A stretch of DNA of 64,000 nucleotides from Leptospiraceae bacterium (GCA_040217195.1 JAVJNR010000008.1:480001-544000); one strand, 5' to 3'. Shown: positions 1 through 11,319, counted from the stretch's first letter. The notes: generated by a model from the sequence alone, not told the origin. A program made the numbers and translations.

Positions 1-820
1 TAGATGGATGAAATCCCTTTTTACCATCGTAATCTCCATGGCTTCGCAGTATGCGCATTGCATCCCTTTGAGTCATAGTGCTGGCTCTGGCCCCGGCCTG
101 AGAATAGGAGCTATTCTGACGAAATTTACATCCGGACATTTTAGTATAGAAGGAGTCTGAAAAGACTTTGCGAAAGTCCATCGGCTTTCCGGCCTTTAAT
201 AGGCCTGCCTTTCGCGCTTCATCGGCCAGATTCTTTGAACTCAAATCGAAATGTTCTGCGATGGTCAAACCATTGGAAATGGATGCATGTCCCTGCACTT
301 CTACCGCAACCCAGAATCGGTCAGCAGTCTCCAGCACATAGGCTCTTTGGGGATCTGCTATGATAAAGCTATTATGGTAGTAGAACTTTCGATCCTGATA
401 TCCGCCACAGGCATCCTGGCCATACTCTTCTAGCAAACTGGTAATGGTTTCAAGTGCAGACTGCGCATCGTCCGCCCTTTCCAGTGCCAGGCGCAGCATA
501 TCCATGCCGGTGAGCCCGGTGTCCTTTTTTTCAATAGGAAGCTTTGTAAATACAGCTTCATTCCCAATGGTAAGACCATGCTCGTTGACACCCATCTCCG
601 CTCCCCACATATGGAAAGGACGAGATATAAGAATTTCATGGGTATGCTGAACCTGCGGAATTTCTATGTAAGTGGTTTTTAATTTTCCCTGGTTTTTCAG
701 ATCGTAATCTGCGGCGGGCACTCGTTCAATGGCCTGAGCCTCGTTTGGCTCCCGATCCGAGTTCTTTCCGAAAATCGCAGGACCGGATCCGTTAGAAGTG
801 ACCACAAACGTATCGCACAT
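1..820 (-). CDS. C69-family (secernin-like) dipeptidase / Ntn hydrolase, 5' part (runs off the window)
   Basis: Not in the ORF track. Reverse complement from ATG at 820 reads MCDTFVVTSNGSGPAIFGKNSDREPNEAQ. The N-terminal Cys nucleophile and GKNSDR motif are typical of C69/secernin peptidases. Confidence 0.8.
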   Translation of the reverse strand, partial: MCDTFVVTSNGSGPAIFGKNSDREPNEAQAIERVPAADYDLKNQGKLKTTYIEIPQVQHTHEILISRPFHMWGAEMGVNEHGLTIGNEAVFTKLPIEKKDTGLTGMDMLRLALERADDAQSALETITSLLEEYGQDACGGYQDRKFYYHNSFIIADPQRAYVLETADRFWVAVEVQGHASISNGLTIAEHFDLSSKNLADEARKAGLLKAGKPMDFRKVFSDSFYTKMSGCKFRQNSSYSQAGARASTMTQRDAMRILRSHGDYDGKKGFHPS

Positions 821-879
821 GTTTCTGATTTCTCATCAATGCCCTGGTCTACAAATCATTTTCTTATGAGTCTTTTCGT

Positions 880-1809
880 ATGAGCCCTGCCAAACATCCT
901 GTAATTTTGATTCAGGAAACCGAGGATTACGCCGCCTTCTATAAGCCGGCAGGCCTTGTTTTCTTTGAGGATTCCCAGAAAACAGATTTTCTGGATGAAA
1001 TGCGAGCATTGTGCTCCGATCAGGCCGATCGACTATATCCTGTCCATAGACTGGATAAGGTTACATCTGGAATTCTGCTCTGCGCCAAGGGCCGAAAAAA
1101 TGCCAATTTGCTGGGTAATGAATTTCGCTTTCACCGAGCGGAGAAGATTTATGTGGCTCTTTCAGCCAGGGCCGGATTTAAGAAGGCTGCCTTGATAGTG
1201 GGCGACATGGAAAAGAGTCGACGGGGCTCCTACAAACTTCTCCGAACCAGGGATAATCCGGCTCGAACATCCTTTGTTTCCGAACCCTTGCAGGAGCAAC
1301 GAACGGGATTGCGACTTCTCTGGGTCCGTCCAATTACAGGAAAAACGCATCAGATTCGAGTTGCACTGAAAAGTGTGGGATTTTCCATTCTGGGAGACCC
1401 TCTGTACAATGCCTTTAGCGAAGCCAGACAGGAGGATCGCACCTATTTGCATGCCCTGGCATTGAGATTTAACCTTCAGGGCAAAGAATTCCAGATTCGG
1501 GAATTGCCCCGAGAGGGAGAGGAATTCTTGAATCCGCTTTGCCTGGAAACCATAAAAGAAACCGATCCTTACTCCCTGGATTATCCCGGAATGCGAGCCT
1601 GGAAAAAGAAGCTGGAAAGCATGGCAGCAGAGGGCCCCGGATCAGCGCCCCGAAAAAAAGCAGCAGGCAAAAAACCTCTCGCTGGAAAAAAAACCACTGA
1701 AGCATCCAAATCGGAAACCGGTGATAAAAAGAAGTTCAACGAGGTTAAAAGGGGTCGTCCCAGGAAAAGAAAGGGAAACCCTCCGGGGCACAGGCATTCA
1801 GGAAACTGA
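880..1809 (+). CDS. RluA-family RNA pseudouridine synthase with a Lys-rich C-terminal tail
   Basis: Motifs KPAG, VHRLDKVTSG (catalytic Asp), TGKTHQIRV, ILGDPLY and LHA. Confidence 0.92.
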   Translation: MSPAKHPVILIQETEDYAAFYKPAGLVFFEDSQKTDFLDEMRALCSDQADRLYPVHRLDKVTSGILLCAKGRKNANLLGNEFRFHRAEKIYVALSARAGFKKAALIVGDMEKSRRGSYKLLRTRDNPARTSFVSEPLQEQRTGLRLLWVRPITGKTHQIRVALKSVGFSILGDPLYNAFSEARQEDRTYLHALALRFNLQGKEFQIRELPREGEEFLNPLCLETIKETDPYSLDYPGMRAWKKKLESMAAEGPGSAPRKKAAGKKPLAGKKTTEASKSETGDKKKFNEVKRGRPRKRKGNPPGHRHSGN

Positions 1810-1948
1810 CGAATCTACCGTTAGTATAGATGTGGGTAACTGCATCGTTAGAATTAATCCGAAAAGCTGGAAAGGCCTACCAGAGGGAGGTGTACTCACT
1901 TTTAACTCTGAAGGCAAAACTCTGGAAACTCGGCGCAGCAGGAAGCCA

Positions 1949-2695
1949 GTGCACCAACTGATTCTGGCTACACTATTTGCAGGCATTCTATGTCTGCCCG
2001 GAAAGCAGATAGGTTCCATCTCTCCAGAAAGCAAAAAAGATGCCAGAGAACAAATTCGCCTTCTGGAAGGGATGCTAGAAGAAATGCCCCGTCGGATGGA
2101 ATTGCAGGCCATCGATCTATTTGAATCCAAACGAGATTATTACACAAGAGCTCCCAGTACAGATTTAAGTATTATTGAATACGCTTATCGCTCACCGGAT
2201 GGTCCGGAATTCCTGGAAGAAATACAGATATTAAACCAGAGAGTGCAACCTGACGTTACCTACCATCGGTGTCTTTTGGTACACACATCCTTTGATGTAC
2301 CCGGAAAGCAGATCTATCAGGTTTTACTGCGAAACCCCGTGCCTCTGGAAGGAGAATTGTTTCGATTATCTCTGTGGGTTCATGCCCAGAATCAGAAGCA
2401 CTCCCTTTCTGCACTCTTTCTGGATCCCCGTGGCCGGGAAGTTGAGGTTCCTCTGGGAGCGCTGGTGTGGGAAGGCTGGAAAAGAATCACCGTGAATCTT
2501 CCAGCTGCACAATTCAGGAAAGGTAAGGATCATAGAATTCGTGCTGGAGGCCAGTTTAAAGGGTTTCTAATTCGCAGCCATCCACACGAACAGGACGGGC
2601 CGGTATCTGTCATGATCGATAACCTCCTGGTACTTAAAGACATGCGAAAGCTCAGATATCCGGGAGCAGAAATCGAAGATTCCTGGGGAGAGTAA
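1949..2695 (+). CDS. Flagellar filament outer-layer (FlaA-family) protein
   Basis: C-terminal half (PVPLEG..LSLWVHAQ..LSALFLDPRGREVEVPLGALVWEGWKRITVNLP) resembles the spirochete FlaA domain. GTG at 1949 precedes a signal-like hydrophobic stretch; the ORF-track start at 1721 overlaps the upstream gene. Start uncertain. Confidence 0.7.
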   Translation: MHQLILATLFAGILCLPGKQIGSISPESKKDAREQIRLLEGMLEEMPRRMELQAIDLFESKRDYYTRAPSTDLSIIEYAYRSPDGPEFLEEIQILNQRVQPDVTYHRCLLVHTSFDVPGKQIYQVLLRNPVPLEGELFRLSLWVHAQNQKHSLSALFLDPRGREVEVPLGALVWEGWKRITVNLPAAQFRKGKDHRIRAGGQFKGFLIRSHPHEQDGPVSVMIDNLLVLKDMRKLRYPGAEIEDSWGE

Positions 2696-2803
2696 GCAAG
2701 TATTCGGATTTTCCGGAGAATTTGGCAGCGCGTAAGTTAGATCCCAGCAGGGATAGTTTTTCGGGGAGTAAAGGATGACCTCCCGATAGCATGGTTCGAT
2801 GCT

Positions 2804-3532
2804 CTAACGAACCGGCATATACATAAATGGAAATTCGTAAGGCTCGTAGCTGTAATCTCTGCGAGAGCGAAATCTCACAGTAGGAGTATCCACCGGTTCG
2901 TCTCCGGAATGAACCAGAGGGCTGAAATAGAATTCCTCTACTTTTCCAAAGTACAAATCATAGTACCGAAATACCAGACAGGCGGGCCTGTCCAGGATCA
3001 GCACATCGCTGGCTTCATCGTTGAATTCATCCTGCAGGCCCACTTTGCCTTGCTCAACATCGCAAGTGTACACATTTTTTGGCGTAAAGTTTCCCTCTTC
3101 GCTGCGAATCTCCAGAGTCTGTCTATGGATTTTAAGCGGAAACATCTCCTCCGGTGCATCGATTTTCCAGTGCAGGCTCACATACTGTTGATTAAGTATT
3201 GGAGGCTCCGCATCCCAGAGAGGGACGATGCAGGGACCTCGCATGACTGTAAAGGCTCCCGTGTAGGCCCATATTGAGTGATTCACTCCATGGGAATTTA
3301 GCCGGGCTGCTGTATGCTCTCCCTCTTTTCCACGAAAATAGAAATCTGGATTTGCATACCAGAAAGCATCCACAGAGGAACATTGAATCAGTCCAGAAGC
3401 TATTAAAAGTAAAGGCAGGAGTTTCAAAGCTACCAGCCTTCTGCAAGACCGCCCGTTGGAATCGAATGCTCTTGCGAATCTGCCTTTAGGAAATCCGACA
3501 GCAATGACAGTAGAGTTACCTTCTCCGATCAT
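2804..3532 (-). CDS. Hypothetical, probable lipoprotein
   Basis: 242-aa ORF coupled to the trpB stop (ATGA overlap). Hydrophobic stretch ends in LIQC, a spirochete-type lipobox. True start may be downstream. Confidence 0.55.
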   Translation of the reverse strand: MIGEGNSTVIAVGFPKGRFARAFDSNGRSCRRLVALKLLPLLLIASGLIQCSSVDAFWYANPDFYFRGKEGEHTAARLNSHGVNHSIWAYTGAFTVMRGPCIVPLWDAEPPILNQQYVSLHWKIDAPEEMFPLKIHRQTLEIRSEEGNFTPKNVYTCDVEQGKVGLQDEFNDEASDVLILDRPACLVFRYYDLYFGKVEEFYFSPLVHSGDEPVDTPTVRFRSRRDYSYEPYEFPFMYMPVR

Positions 3533-4953
3533 AGCTCGATGCCAGATAGGCGTGCAATCTCGGCCACATCCTTGTCGCCTCTGCCAGATAGACAGATCAG
3601 TAGCTTCTGACGCTTCTTTCTGGATTTACCGGATTTCTTGCCTTTATCGGAACCAGACTCCTTACCCGGATTATTATTCAGCGAACTCTGGCTCTCCGCG
3701 GCCAGCTCTTTTGCCATGGCAAAGGTATGCGAAGTTTCCAGTGCAGGCAAGATACCTTCCAGACGAGATACCTCTTTGAATGCTTCCACAGCTGAATCAT
3801 CGTTCACCATTCTATACTCGGCACGACCGCTAACCGCCAGGTAGGCATGCTCCGGCCCTACCCCCGGATAATCCAGGCCTGCACTTACACTATGGACATT
3901 TTCGATCTGTCCATCGTTATCCTGAATGTACAATGAACGGGTGCCATGAAAATAACCAGGGCGACCAAAGGAAATACTGGCCGAATTTTCTCCTGGCTTT
4001 AACCCACGACCTCCAGCTTCGGTTCCTATGAGCCGAACTTTCTTATCCTTGAGAAAACCGTAGAAAATTCCGATTGCATTGGATCCACCTCCCACACAGG
4101 CAAGGACCGCATCTGGCAAATCGCCAGTGGCTTTCTTGAATTGTTTTCTAGCTTCTTCGCCAATCATGGATTGAAAATCTCGCACAATAGTAGGAAAAGG
4201 ATGGGGCCCGATGGCAGAGCCTATTATGTAATGGGTATCCAGGGCATTTCTGGACCAGTCTCGCATGGCCTCATTTGTAGCATCCTTCAAGGTTGCATTT
4301 CCACTGGTTACCGGAATTACTTTCGCTCCCAGCAATTCCATTCTATAGCAGTTGAGCTTTTGACGACGCACATCTTCGGCGCCCATATATACCACGCATT
4401 CGAATCCCAGACGAGCAGCAGCGGTTGCGGTGGCCACTCCATGTTGACCTGCACCCGTTTCTGCGATGATTCGCTTCTTTCCCATTCTTCGGGCAAGCAA
4501 TGCCTGGCCAATTGCATTGTTGATTTTATGAGCCCCTGTATGGTTAAGATCCTCTCTTTTGAGATAGATTTCCGCTCCCCATGCATTGCTTAAATTGGGA
4601 GCGTAGGTCAGAAGAGACGGACGACCAATATACTGTTTCTGATAATCCTGGAATTCCCGGACAAAGCCTTTGTCTTTCTTGTATTTCTCGTAAGCCTTTT
4701 CCAGCTCATCGATGGCCGGAATCAGAACTTCAGGACTGTAGCGACCGCCGTATGGTCCAAAATAGCCCTTTCGATTCAGGAGGCTCACTTTGCCTGTACC
4801 GTTCTTTGCAGATGCGGACTTGCCAGAATTCCGACCTTCCTCCGAACGGCCTTCTTTCTTCTTTCCACTTTCCAGGGGCGCCTTCTTCTCTTTTTTTGTC
4901 TGCGATTTGTTCTTCGCGGATTTAGACTCTAACTTTTCCACAGATTTGCCCAT
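3529..4953 (-). CDS. trpB: Tryptophan synthase beta subunit
   Basis: [25 protein letters not shown] (PLP Lys), [39 protein letters not shown]. Confidence 0.98.
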   Translation of the reverse strand: MGKSVEKLESKSAKNKSQTKKEKKAPLESGKKKEGRSEEGRNSGKSASAKNGTGKVSLLNRKGYFGPYGGRYSPEVLIPAIDELEKAYEKYKKDKGFVREFQDYQKQYIGRPSLLTYAPNLSNAWGAEIYLKREDLNHTGAHKINNAIGQALLARRMGKKRIIAETGAGQHGVATATAAARLGFECVVYMGAEDVRRQKLNCYRMELLGAKVIPVTSGNATLKDATNEAMRDWSRNALDTHYIIGSAIGPHPFPTIVRDFQSMIGEEARKQFKKATGDLPDAVLACVGGGSNAIGIFYGFLKDKKVRLIGTEAGGRGLKPGENSASISFGRPGYFHGTRSLYIQDNDGQIENVHSVSAGLDYPGVGPEHAYLAVSGRAEYRMVNDDSAVEAFKEVSRLEGILPALETSHTFAMAKELAAESQSSLNNNPGKESGSDKGKKSGKSRKKRQKLLICLSGRGDKDVAEIARLSGIEL

Positions 4954-4991
4954 GATTGTTGCCTGATAATGAATCTTTATTGAATTCTAAA

Positions 4992-6755
4992 TCAATCCTC
5001 GGGCTTTAGCTCGGCGAAGAGCTGCTTCCGGATGGATTGAATCTCCCAGATCAGTCCCGAATGGTCCTGCCCCCCGTCTATTTTCTTGCTTTCACCAGAG
5101 CTGCGTATCTGAACCTCGGCCTGTCCATCCTGAAAATAGAATTTTCCCAGAGTAATTCGGATGGGGTATCCCACAAGTTCTGCATCGTTAAATCGAACTC
5201 CCGGACGAAGGTCCCTATCATCCCAGTAAACATCCAGACCCTGATCGAGCATCACCTGGTAGACGGCTTGAGCCCTGGACTTTTCTTCCTCTGTCTTTGT
5301 TATACTAACAAGACAGATTTCGAACGGCGCCACAGAGATAGGCCATACGATTCCTTTTTCATCGTGGCTTTGCTCGATGACTGTAGCCATAGTCCGATTG
5401 ATTCCAACACCATAGCAACCCATGATGGGAGTGATAGGCTTCTGATCCGGATCCAGAACCGTCATATTGAAAGCATTCGTGTATTTTTTGCCGAGTTTAA
5501 AGATATGGCCCACTTCTATGCCCCGCATGGCCTTCATAGGGCCATCACCTGCCGGCGAAGGATCTCCGTCCACAGCCAGGGCCAGATCCACAGCTGATTT
5601 GCGCTGCTCATCTGTGAGCCAGAATCCTTTCACATGTTGATCCCTTTCATTGCCACCTGTAATCCAGGTGGCTCGAGTGAGCGCAGACAGATCAAAGAGT
5701 GTAATAAGATTATCCACCTGGTTGAGATCAAAAGGTCCTGCACTTCCAGGAACGCTTCCTATTTTTTTGAAGTCCGCATCGGAGGCAGGTTCCAGCTCAT
5801 TGCATTTCAAATGATTCTTTAATTTAACTTCATTGATATCTCGATCACCCCGAATCCCGATAAATACGAGTCCATTCTCCGTGCGATAGAGCACGCTCTT
5901 GAGTAAATCCGAAGAAGGGACTTTCAAAAATTCTGCCAGTTCTTCGATTGTTTTGATCTTTGGAGTCTCGATGATCTCCAGATTCTTTTTTTCAGGTGCC
6001 GTGGGACGCTTTGTTTCCGCACCTGCTTCCAGAGACTCTTCATAGATCACCGGAGTCTTTTCCTGGTTGCTTCGATATTTGTCTGAAAGCAATAATACCT
6101 CTTCGCCTATCTCCGAAGGCACCATGAATTCCTCCGAGCCACTTCCTCCCATGGCCCCGGAATCCGCCTCCACAGGTACAGTCTCCAATCCCGCGCGCTG
6201 AAAGATTCTGCGGTAGGTTCTTCGCATCTCCTGATAGGTGGCAGCCAGGCTTTCTTCATCTGCATGAAAGGAATAAGCATCTTTCATTATGAATTCCCGG
6301 GAACGAATGACTCCAAATCTGGGCCGAATTTCATCCCTGAATTTAGTATGAATTTGATATACATTCACTGGCAGATCGCGATAGGATCTGAGAATCTGCT
6401 GCATCAATTCGGTAAAGGACTCTTCATGTGTGGGGCCCAAAACATTCCAGACTTCATGACGATCCTGGATGCGAAACATCTCTTTTCCCATAGTATTCCA
6501 TCGACCGGAAGTTTCCCAAAGCTCGGAAGGAATCAATACCGGAAGCTGAAACTCAAGGGCGCCGCTCCGATTCATTTCTTCGCGGACAATGTTTTCGATC
6601 TTTCGAATGACTCTCAATCCCGCAGGTAGTAGATAATACAGACCGGCTCCAAGTTTTCGAACCAGGCCAGCTCGAAGCATCAGACGATGGGATGCCACCT
6701 GAGCATCCTGGGGATCTTCTCTAAGTGTAGGAATCAGGAAATGCGAAGCTTTCAT
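4992..6755 (-). CDS. proS: Proline--tRNA ligase (bacterial type with editing domain)
   Basis: MKASHFLIPTLRE, SHRLMLRAG, LGPTHEE, KFRDEIRPRFG, EVGHIFKLG, MGCYGVG. ATG at 6755 preferred over TTG at 6791. Confidence 0.97.
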   Translation of the reverse strand: MKASHFLIPTLREDPQDAQVASHRLMLRAGLVRKLGAGLYYLLPAGLRVIRKIENIVREEMNRSGALEFQLPVLIPSELWETSGRWNTMGKEMFRIQDRHEVWNVLGPTHEESFTELMQQILRSYRDLPVNVYQIHTKFRDEIRPRFGVIRSREFIMKDAYSFHADEESLAATYQEMRRTYRRIFQRAGLETVPVEADSGAMGGSGSEEFMVPSEIGEEVLLLSDKYRSNQEKTPVIYEESLEAGAETKRPTAPEKKNLEIIETPKIKTIEELAEFLKVPSSDLLKSVLYRTENGLVFIGIRGDRDINEVKLKNHLKCNELEPASDADFKKIGSVPGSAGPFDLNQVDNLITLFDLSALTRATWITGGNERDQHVKGFWLTDEQRKSAVDLALAVDGDPSPAGDGPMKAMRGIEVGHIFKLGKKYTNAFNMTVLDPDQKPITPIMGCYGVGINRTMATVIEQSHDEKGIVWPISVAPFEICLVSITKTEEEKSRAQAVYQVMLDQGLDVYWDDRDLRPGVRFNDAELVGYPIRITLGKFYFQDGQAEVQIRSSGESKKIDGGQDHSGLIWEIQSIRKQLFAELKPED

Positions 6756-6791
6756 CTGGAACGAGATTTGGCTCCGTTGCCCTGAGGACAA

Positions 6792-8393
6792 TCAGAATGT
6801 AAGCACATCCACCACGTCTTTGTACATAATCCAGAGCCCCAGGCTTACCAGAACGATGAATCCAAAGCGGTAAATACCCTCCATTACATTTCTTGAAAGG
6901 GGGCGTCCGGCAATGGCTTCCAGAAGAAAGAACACTATGTGTCCACCATCCACCATGGGAAAAGGCAGCAGATTAATTACCATCAGAGCAATGGAAATGG
7001 CTGCCATCAGATGAAAATATTCGGTGAGGCTGGATCGAGCGATTGCACCTGCATAGGCAAACATCCTTACAGGCCCGGCTGCATTATCGATGAAGGAGAC
7101 TCGTCCGGCAAAGATCTGGGAAAAGAACTCCGGATAGAGCATCACTGCCTGATAGGTTCTCTCCAGGCCTCTCTGCACACCCTCACCAATGGGAGGTAGT
7201 TCGCCGGTTCTGGGATCAATCACCTGGGCGGGGCGAAATCCCATTAGCCCGATCTTTTCTCCCAACACATCCGCTTCATAGTTCTGGCTGCCCACTCGAA
7301 GGTCTGTTCTTTGCTTTTCTGAATATCTCTGGGCCAGGCTTCTGTAGGAAAGGGATGGTCCATCGCCAAATTTCAGATCACCCAGCAACCTCTGATGTTC
7401 CGGAGCATGGGAAACCAGTTGCTGATCCGGCACCATGGAGTTGTATTTTAGATCTTTAATATTTCGAAGCCAGACTCGATACTCCCCTTCTACCGGTACC
7501 TGTACGTTCACTTCCTCTGTAAACCAGGGAGCCAGCCAGGAGGCGGTTTCTCTGCGGACTTTTACCGATACGGTTCCGTCGCTATGCTGTCCCAACAATC
7601 TCTGTAGATCCAGCACGGATGTGGGTGTGGTACCTTCCACAGAAAGAATTACATCCCCTTCTTCCAGATAGGGCAGCGCCCTTAAATGATCTGGAGGCTG
7701 GGTATCACCAAAGATTTCATCGAAACGATAACTCATTACAGCGCCAAAGGGATAGTCCACACGAAGCAATCGGTCCCCGGGCACCCGAATTCCAATGGAG
7801 GCTCGCCCGGCAGAATCCACGGCCGGAGTAATGGTCAGATTAACTCTCTCTCCATCACGAAGCACCTCAAAAGGCAGAGGCCTGCCTCCGGATAAAATCA
7901 CTCCATTCTGGATATCGTAAAAATTCTCCACCGGCTGACCATCGATGGCCACCACTCGATCGCCGGTGCGTAAGCCGCCCTGATAGGCCGGAGAATCCGC
8001 TCCAAGTTCTTCCAGGATGGTCACTTCGTTGGATGGAGGGGCCGTGAACATGCCCAGGCCCAGAAAAATGATGGCACCCAGTATCAAGTTGAATAGAGGC
8101 CCGCCCAGAACGGGAATGATTCGCTTGAGAGGAGGTACAGAAAAAAAACCGCCAGGTACATCGCGACCCTCTTCGTAGTCGTCACCGTAAAACTTTACAT
8201 AACCGCCCAGAGGAATCCCGGTAATCTGCCAGGTAGTATCGCCAATTTTTTTCTTCCAGATACCGCGGCCATATCCTACAGAAAAAATCTCTGCTTTTAC
8301 TCCCACCGCTTTGCCCATCAATAAATGGCCCAGCTCATGGATTATAATGCAAACGCCGAGCATGAATACGCCGGCCAGAATAGTAATGATCAT
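6792..8393 (-). CDS. rseP: Site-2 (RseP/M50) intramembrane zinc protease with PDZ domains
   Basis: HELGH zinc motif, GGYVK, NLLPFPMVDGGH, PDZ segment (SPAYQGGLRTGD); canonical position after dxr. Confidence 0.93.
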   Translation of the reverse strand: MIITILAGVFMLGVCIIIHELGHLLMGKAVGVKAEIFSVGYGRGIWKKKIGDTTWQITGIPLGGYVKFYGDDYEEGRDVPGGFFSVPPLKRIIPVLGGPLFNLILGAIIFLGLGMFTAPPSNEVTILEELGADSPAYQGGLRTGDRVVAIDGQPVENFYDIQNGVILSGGRPLPFEVLRDGERVNLTITPAVDSAGRASIGIRVPGDRLLRVDYPFGAVMSYRFDEIFGDTQPPDHLRALPYLEEGDVILSVEGTTPTSVLDLQRLLGQHSDGTVSVKVRRETASWLAPWFTEEVNVQVPVEGEYRVWLRNIKDLKYNSMVPDQQLVSHAPEHQRLLGDLKFGDGPSLSYRSLAQRYSEKQRTDLRVGSQNYEADVLGEKIGLMGFRPAQVIDPRTGELPPIGEGVQRGLERTYQAVMLYPEFFSQIFAGRVSFIDNAAGPVRMFAYAGAIARSSLTEYFHLMAAISIALMVINLLPFPMVDGGHIVFFLLEAIAGRPLSRNVMEGIYRFGFIVLVSLGLWIMYKDVVDVLTF

Positions 8394-8405
8394 CTAAAGT
8401 CTTCC

Positions 8406-9629
8406 TTACTCGGTGACGCTCAGCGCCCCCAGCTTCTGCAATAGATCACTGCGGGTTTTCTCATCTGCAGCGATCAATTCTTCGAGGTCAGTGGTCTGGC
8501 GGATCTCTCCGTTCTGTAATGCATCTTCAATGGTTTCCGGAATCTGACTGAAAGAGATCCTGTCCCTTAGAAATGCATCCACGGCCACCTCATTGGCCGC
8601 ATTCAGAATGGCCGGAGCTGTGCCCCCGGACTCCATGGCCTTTCTGCAAAGAGAAAAACCTGGAAATCGGTCATCCACCATTTCAAAAGATAATGCCGGC
8701 CAGGCTTCCGGAAAGGACATTTCTGGATGGGAGTCTGGCACACTCTCAGGATAATGCAGCGTATGCGCCACAGGGAATATCATATCTGGATGACTGCAGG
8801 ACAGATGAAAGCTTCCGTCTTTGAGCTGAATCATGGAGTGTACGATTGAATTTCGATGAATGCGTACATCCAGTTGCTCCGGTTCACAGGAGAAAAGAAA
8901 TCGCGCTTCGATGAGTTCCAGGCCTTTGTTGATCATTCCAGCAGAATCCACCGTGATCTTGGGGCCCATGGTCCAGGTCGGATGATTCAAAACCTCTTCT
9001 CGCCTGGCCCTGCGAATCTGAGCTCCGGTCCAGTCCCGAAACGGACCTCCCGATGCAGTGAGCAGGATTCGATGCACATGATCCAGGTTCTGCCCTTCCA
9101 GCAATTGAAACAGTGAATTATGCTCTGAATCCACCGGAACAATGCAGGCAGTACTTTTTGAGTCCAGAGTGAATGCAGGATGGGCCCTGATCGCCGGTCC
9201 GGCGGTTACCAGGGTTTCCTTATTGGCCAGAGCTATCTTTTTTCCAGCTTCAATTCCCGCAACCGTAGCTCGAATCCCGCAGGCCCCTACCACCGCTGTT
9301 AGAACGGTATCTGCCTGGCTGGACTTCACCATATCCACAAGTCCATCCGCGCCCCGAAAAAACCTTACGGAAGGATAGTCCGATTTCAATCCATGGATTG
9401 CATAATCAAAGGCATCTTCATGACTGATGCAAGCCGAGTCAGGCTGGAAACTCTGCAACAGTTCTCGCAGCTTATCCATGGAGGAATGTACACTTACAGA
9501 TTCCAGGCGAATCCCGGAAAATCGCTCCAGATAACGAATGGTGGTGCCTCCTACAGAGCCGGAAGCACCGAGCAGACACAACGATTGCGTGGGTTTGGCC
9601 TGGTTGCGTCTGATTAGAGAAAAGTCCAT
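8406..9629 (-). CDS. dxr: 1-deoxy-D-xylulose-5-phosphate reductoisomerase
   Basis: LLGASGSVG, ALANKETLV, PVDSEH, LTASGGPFR, HPTWTMGPKITVDSA, NAANE. ATG at 9629 directly follows the cdsA stop. Confidence 0.97.
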   Translation of the reverse strand: MDFSLIRRNQAKPTQSLCLLGASGSVGGTTIRYLERFSGIRLESVSVHSSMDKLRELLQSFQPDSACISHEDAFDYAIHGLKSDYPSVRFFRGADGLVDMVKSSQADTVLTAVVGACGIRATVAGIEAGKKIALANKETLVTAGPAIRAHPAFTLDSKSTACIVPVDSEHNSLFQLLEGQNLDHVHRILLTASGGPFRDWTGAQIRRARREEVLNHPTWTMGPKITVDSAGMINKGLELIEARFLFSCEPEQLDVRIHRNSIVHSMIQLKDGSFHLSCSHPDMIFPVAHTLHYPESVPDSHPEMSFPEAWPALSFEMVDDRFPGFSLCRKAMESGGTAPAILNAANEVAVDAFLRDRISFSQIPETIEDALQNGEIRQTTDLEELIAADEKTRSDLLQKLGALSVTE

Positions 9630-9630
9630 T

Positions 9631-10530
9631 CTATCGATACAGGAAGTACACAGTTCCCAGAGGTATTGTAAACAATAGCGCATCAATCAGATCCAGGATA
9701 CCACCGTGTCCTGGAATCATAGATGCAGAGTCTTTGATCTTTGCATCTCGCTTGAGCTGACTTTCTACCAGGTCTCCGAAAACGGAGACAACAGAAAGAA
9801 CGGCTGTGAGTACTCCGGCTTCCACATAACCTAACATCTGGGGACCACCCTGGCCGGTAAAATGCTGCCATAGATACAGAAATCCCTGATTGAAGGCTAC
9901 AGCAAAGATGACACCTCCAATATAGCCTTCATAGGTCTTTCTGGGACTTACCTTCAGACCAGCATTATGCTTTCCGAACCACTTTCCGGCAAAGTAGGCT
10001 CCTGCATCGGTCATGATTGTGGCCAGAGCGATAAAAACAAAATAAAACACTCCCATCTTTAGCTGAAAGAGGGGGAAGATCATAGCCAGCGGAAGAGCCA
10101 CATACAACGGCGCAAACAGAGTGGTGGCCGCTGAAAAGATGGCCCCATCTATGGGCCGAAACACCAGTTGAAGGCTGGATGTAAGAATCACCGAAACGAT
10201 GAGAATCATGGGAAAAGTGCCAGTCCAGGGAGTGAACCACTGGGCCGGCAGATCGCTTTGCAAAGCCAGGTCCGGATGCTTTTCGGCCGCATACATCAGA
10301 TAGAAATTCACCAGTATGAGAATTACCATCAAAAAGCCCGGAAATCGTAAGGGTCTGCCTTCCAGTCCTCGATCGCTGAGTCTATAGAACTCCTCAACTC
10401 CCAGAAAGGAAACCAGTCCTACAAGCACCACCACTCCAATGGAGTAGAAGGCTGTATTATGATATAGAGCGACAATGACCACCGCTCCGATGGTCAGTCC
10501 AGAAATGATTCGTTTGGTCGTTTCGCCCAT
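9631..10530 (-). CDS. cdsA: Phosphatidate cytidylyltransferase
   Basis: Multi-TM protein with DAGAYFAGK, SPRKTYEG, GDLVESQLKR and PGHGGILDLID. Confidence 0.96.
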   Translation of the reverse strand: MGETTKRIISGLTIGAVVIVALYHNTAFYSIGVVVLVGLVSFLGVEEFYRLSDRGLEGRPLRFPGFLMVILILVNFYLMYAAEKHPDLALQSDLPAQWFTPWTGTFPMILIVSVILTSSLQLVFRPIDGAIFSAATTLFAPLYVALPLAMIFPLFQLKMGVFYFVFIALATIMTDAGAYFAGKWFGKHNAGLKVSPRKTYEGYIGGVIFAVAFNQGFLYLWQHFTGQGGPQMLGYVEAGVLTAVLSVVSVFGDLVESQLKRDAKIKDSASMIPGHGGILDLIDALLFTIPLGTVYFLYR

Positions 10531-10572
10531 GGGACGTGTTCTCCTTTCTGTCGTGCAGCCCGTGCTCCGGGC

Positions 10573-11310
10573 TCAGGTACTATCCTGAAGCCCGCCAAAT
10601 CGACGCTGTCGACTTCGGAACCATTCCAGAGCCCGGTTCAGTTCTGTGCTATCAAAATCCGGCCAATACACCTCTGTAAAGTAGAGTTCGGCATAGGCGC
10701 ATTGCCAGAGAAGAAAATTGGATATCCTGTATTCACCGCCGGGTCGAACCAGAAGATCCACATCTCCCAGTCCGGCCGTATACAACTCGGCATCCAGTTC
10801 AGATTCTGTCACTGGCTGGATCATTCCTCTAAGGCGTTTGAAAAAGCCGCCGGACCGTTTCTTGATTAAATGATTGCAGGCGCGGACTATTTCAGCCCTG
10901 GATCCGTAATTGATACAGAAGTTCGCAGTGAGCCTGTCCAGATCCCTGGTGGCTTCCATGGCCCGTTTCAGTACGCCGGAGGGCCCGGGTGGGATCCGAT
11001 TGATGGCACCGCTGCAGCGAATGCGAACTCCTTTTTCCAGACATACATCCAGATACTTTCCGAAGAACTCCTCCATTAATCCCCATAGAGCAGTCACCTC
11101 TGTATCCGGCCTTTTCCAGTTCTCTGTAGAAAAAGCATACATGGATAGCACCGGTATGCCCTGATCAATCACATCATCCAGCAATCGTCTCAGAGCTTCG
11201 CCGCCGGCGCGGTGACCTTCCTGTCTGGAAAGGCCTCGCGCACTGGCCCATCGTCCATTTCCGTCCAGGATAATGGCTATGTGGTTTGGATTAGATTGGG
11301 ACTGGCCCAG
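10573..11310 (-). CDS. uppS: Undecaprenyl/polyprenyl diphosphate synthase
   Basis: Frame stays open upstream of the ORF-track start and encodes the essential HIAIILDGNGRWA..GH motif. Also YAFSTENWKRP, NYGSR and RISNFLLWQ. The only plausible starts are CTG at 11310 or ATT at 11316. Confidence 0.93.
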   Translation of the reverse strand: MGQSQSNPNHIAIILDGNGRWASARGLSRQEGHRAGGEALRRLLDDVIDQGIPVLSMYAFSTENWKRPDTEVTALWGLMEEFFGKYLDVCLEKGVRIRCSGAINRIPPGPSGVLKRAMEATRDLDRLTANFCINYGSRAEIVRACNHLIKKRSGGFFKRLRGMIQPVTESELDAELYTAGLGDVDLLVRPGGEYRISNFLLWQCAYAELYFTEVYWPDFDSTELNRALEWFRSRQRRFGGLQDST

Positions 11311-11319
11311 GGGAATACC

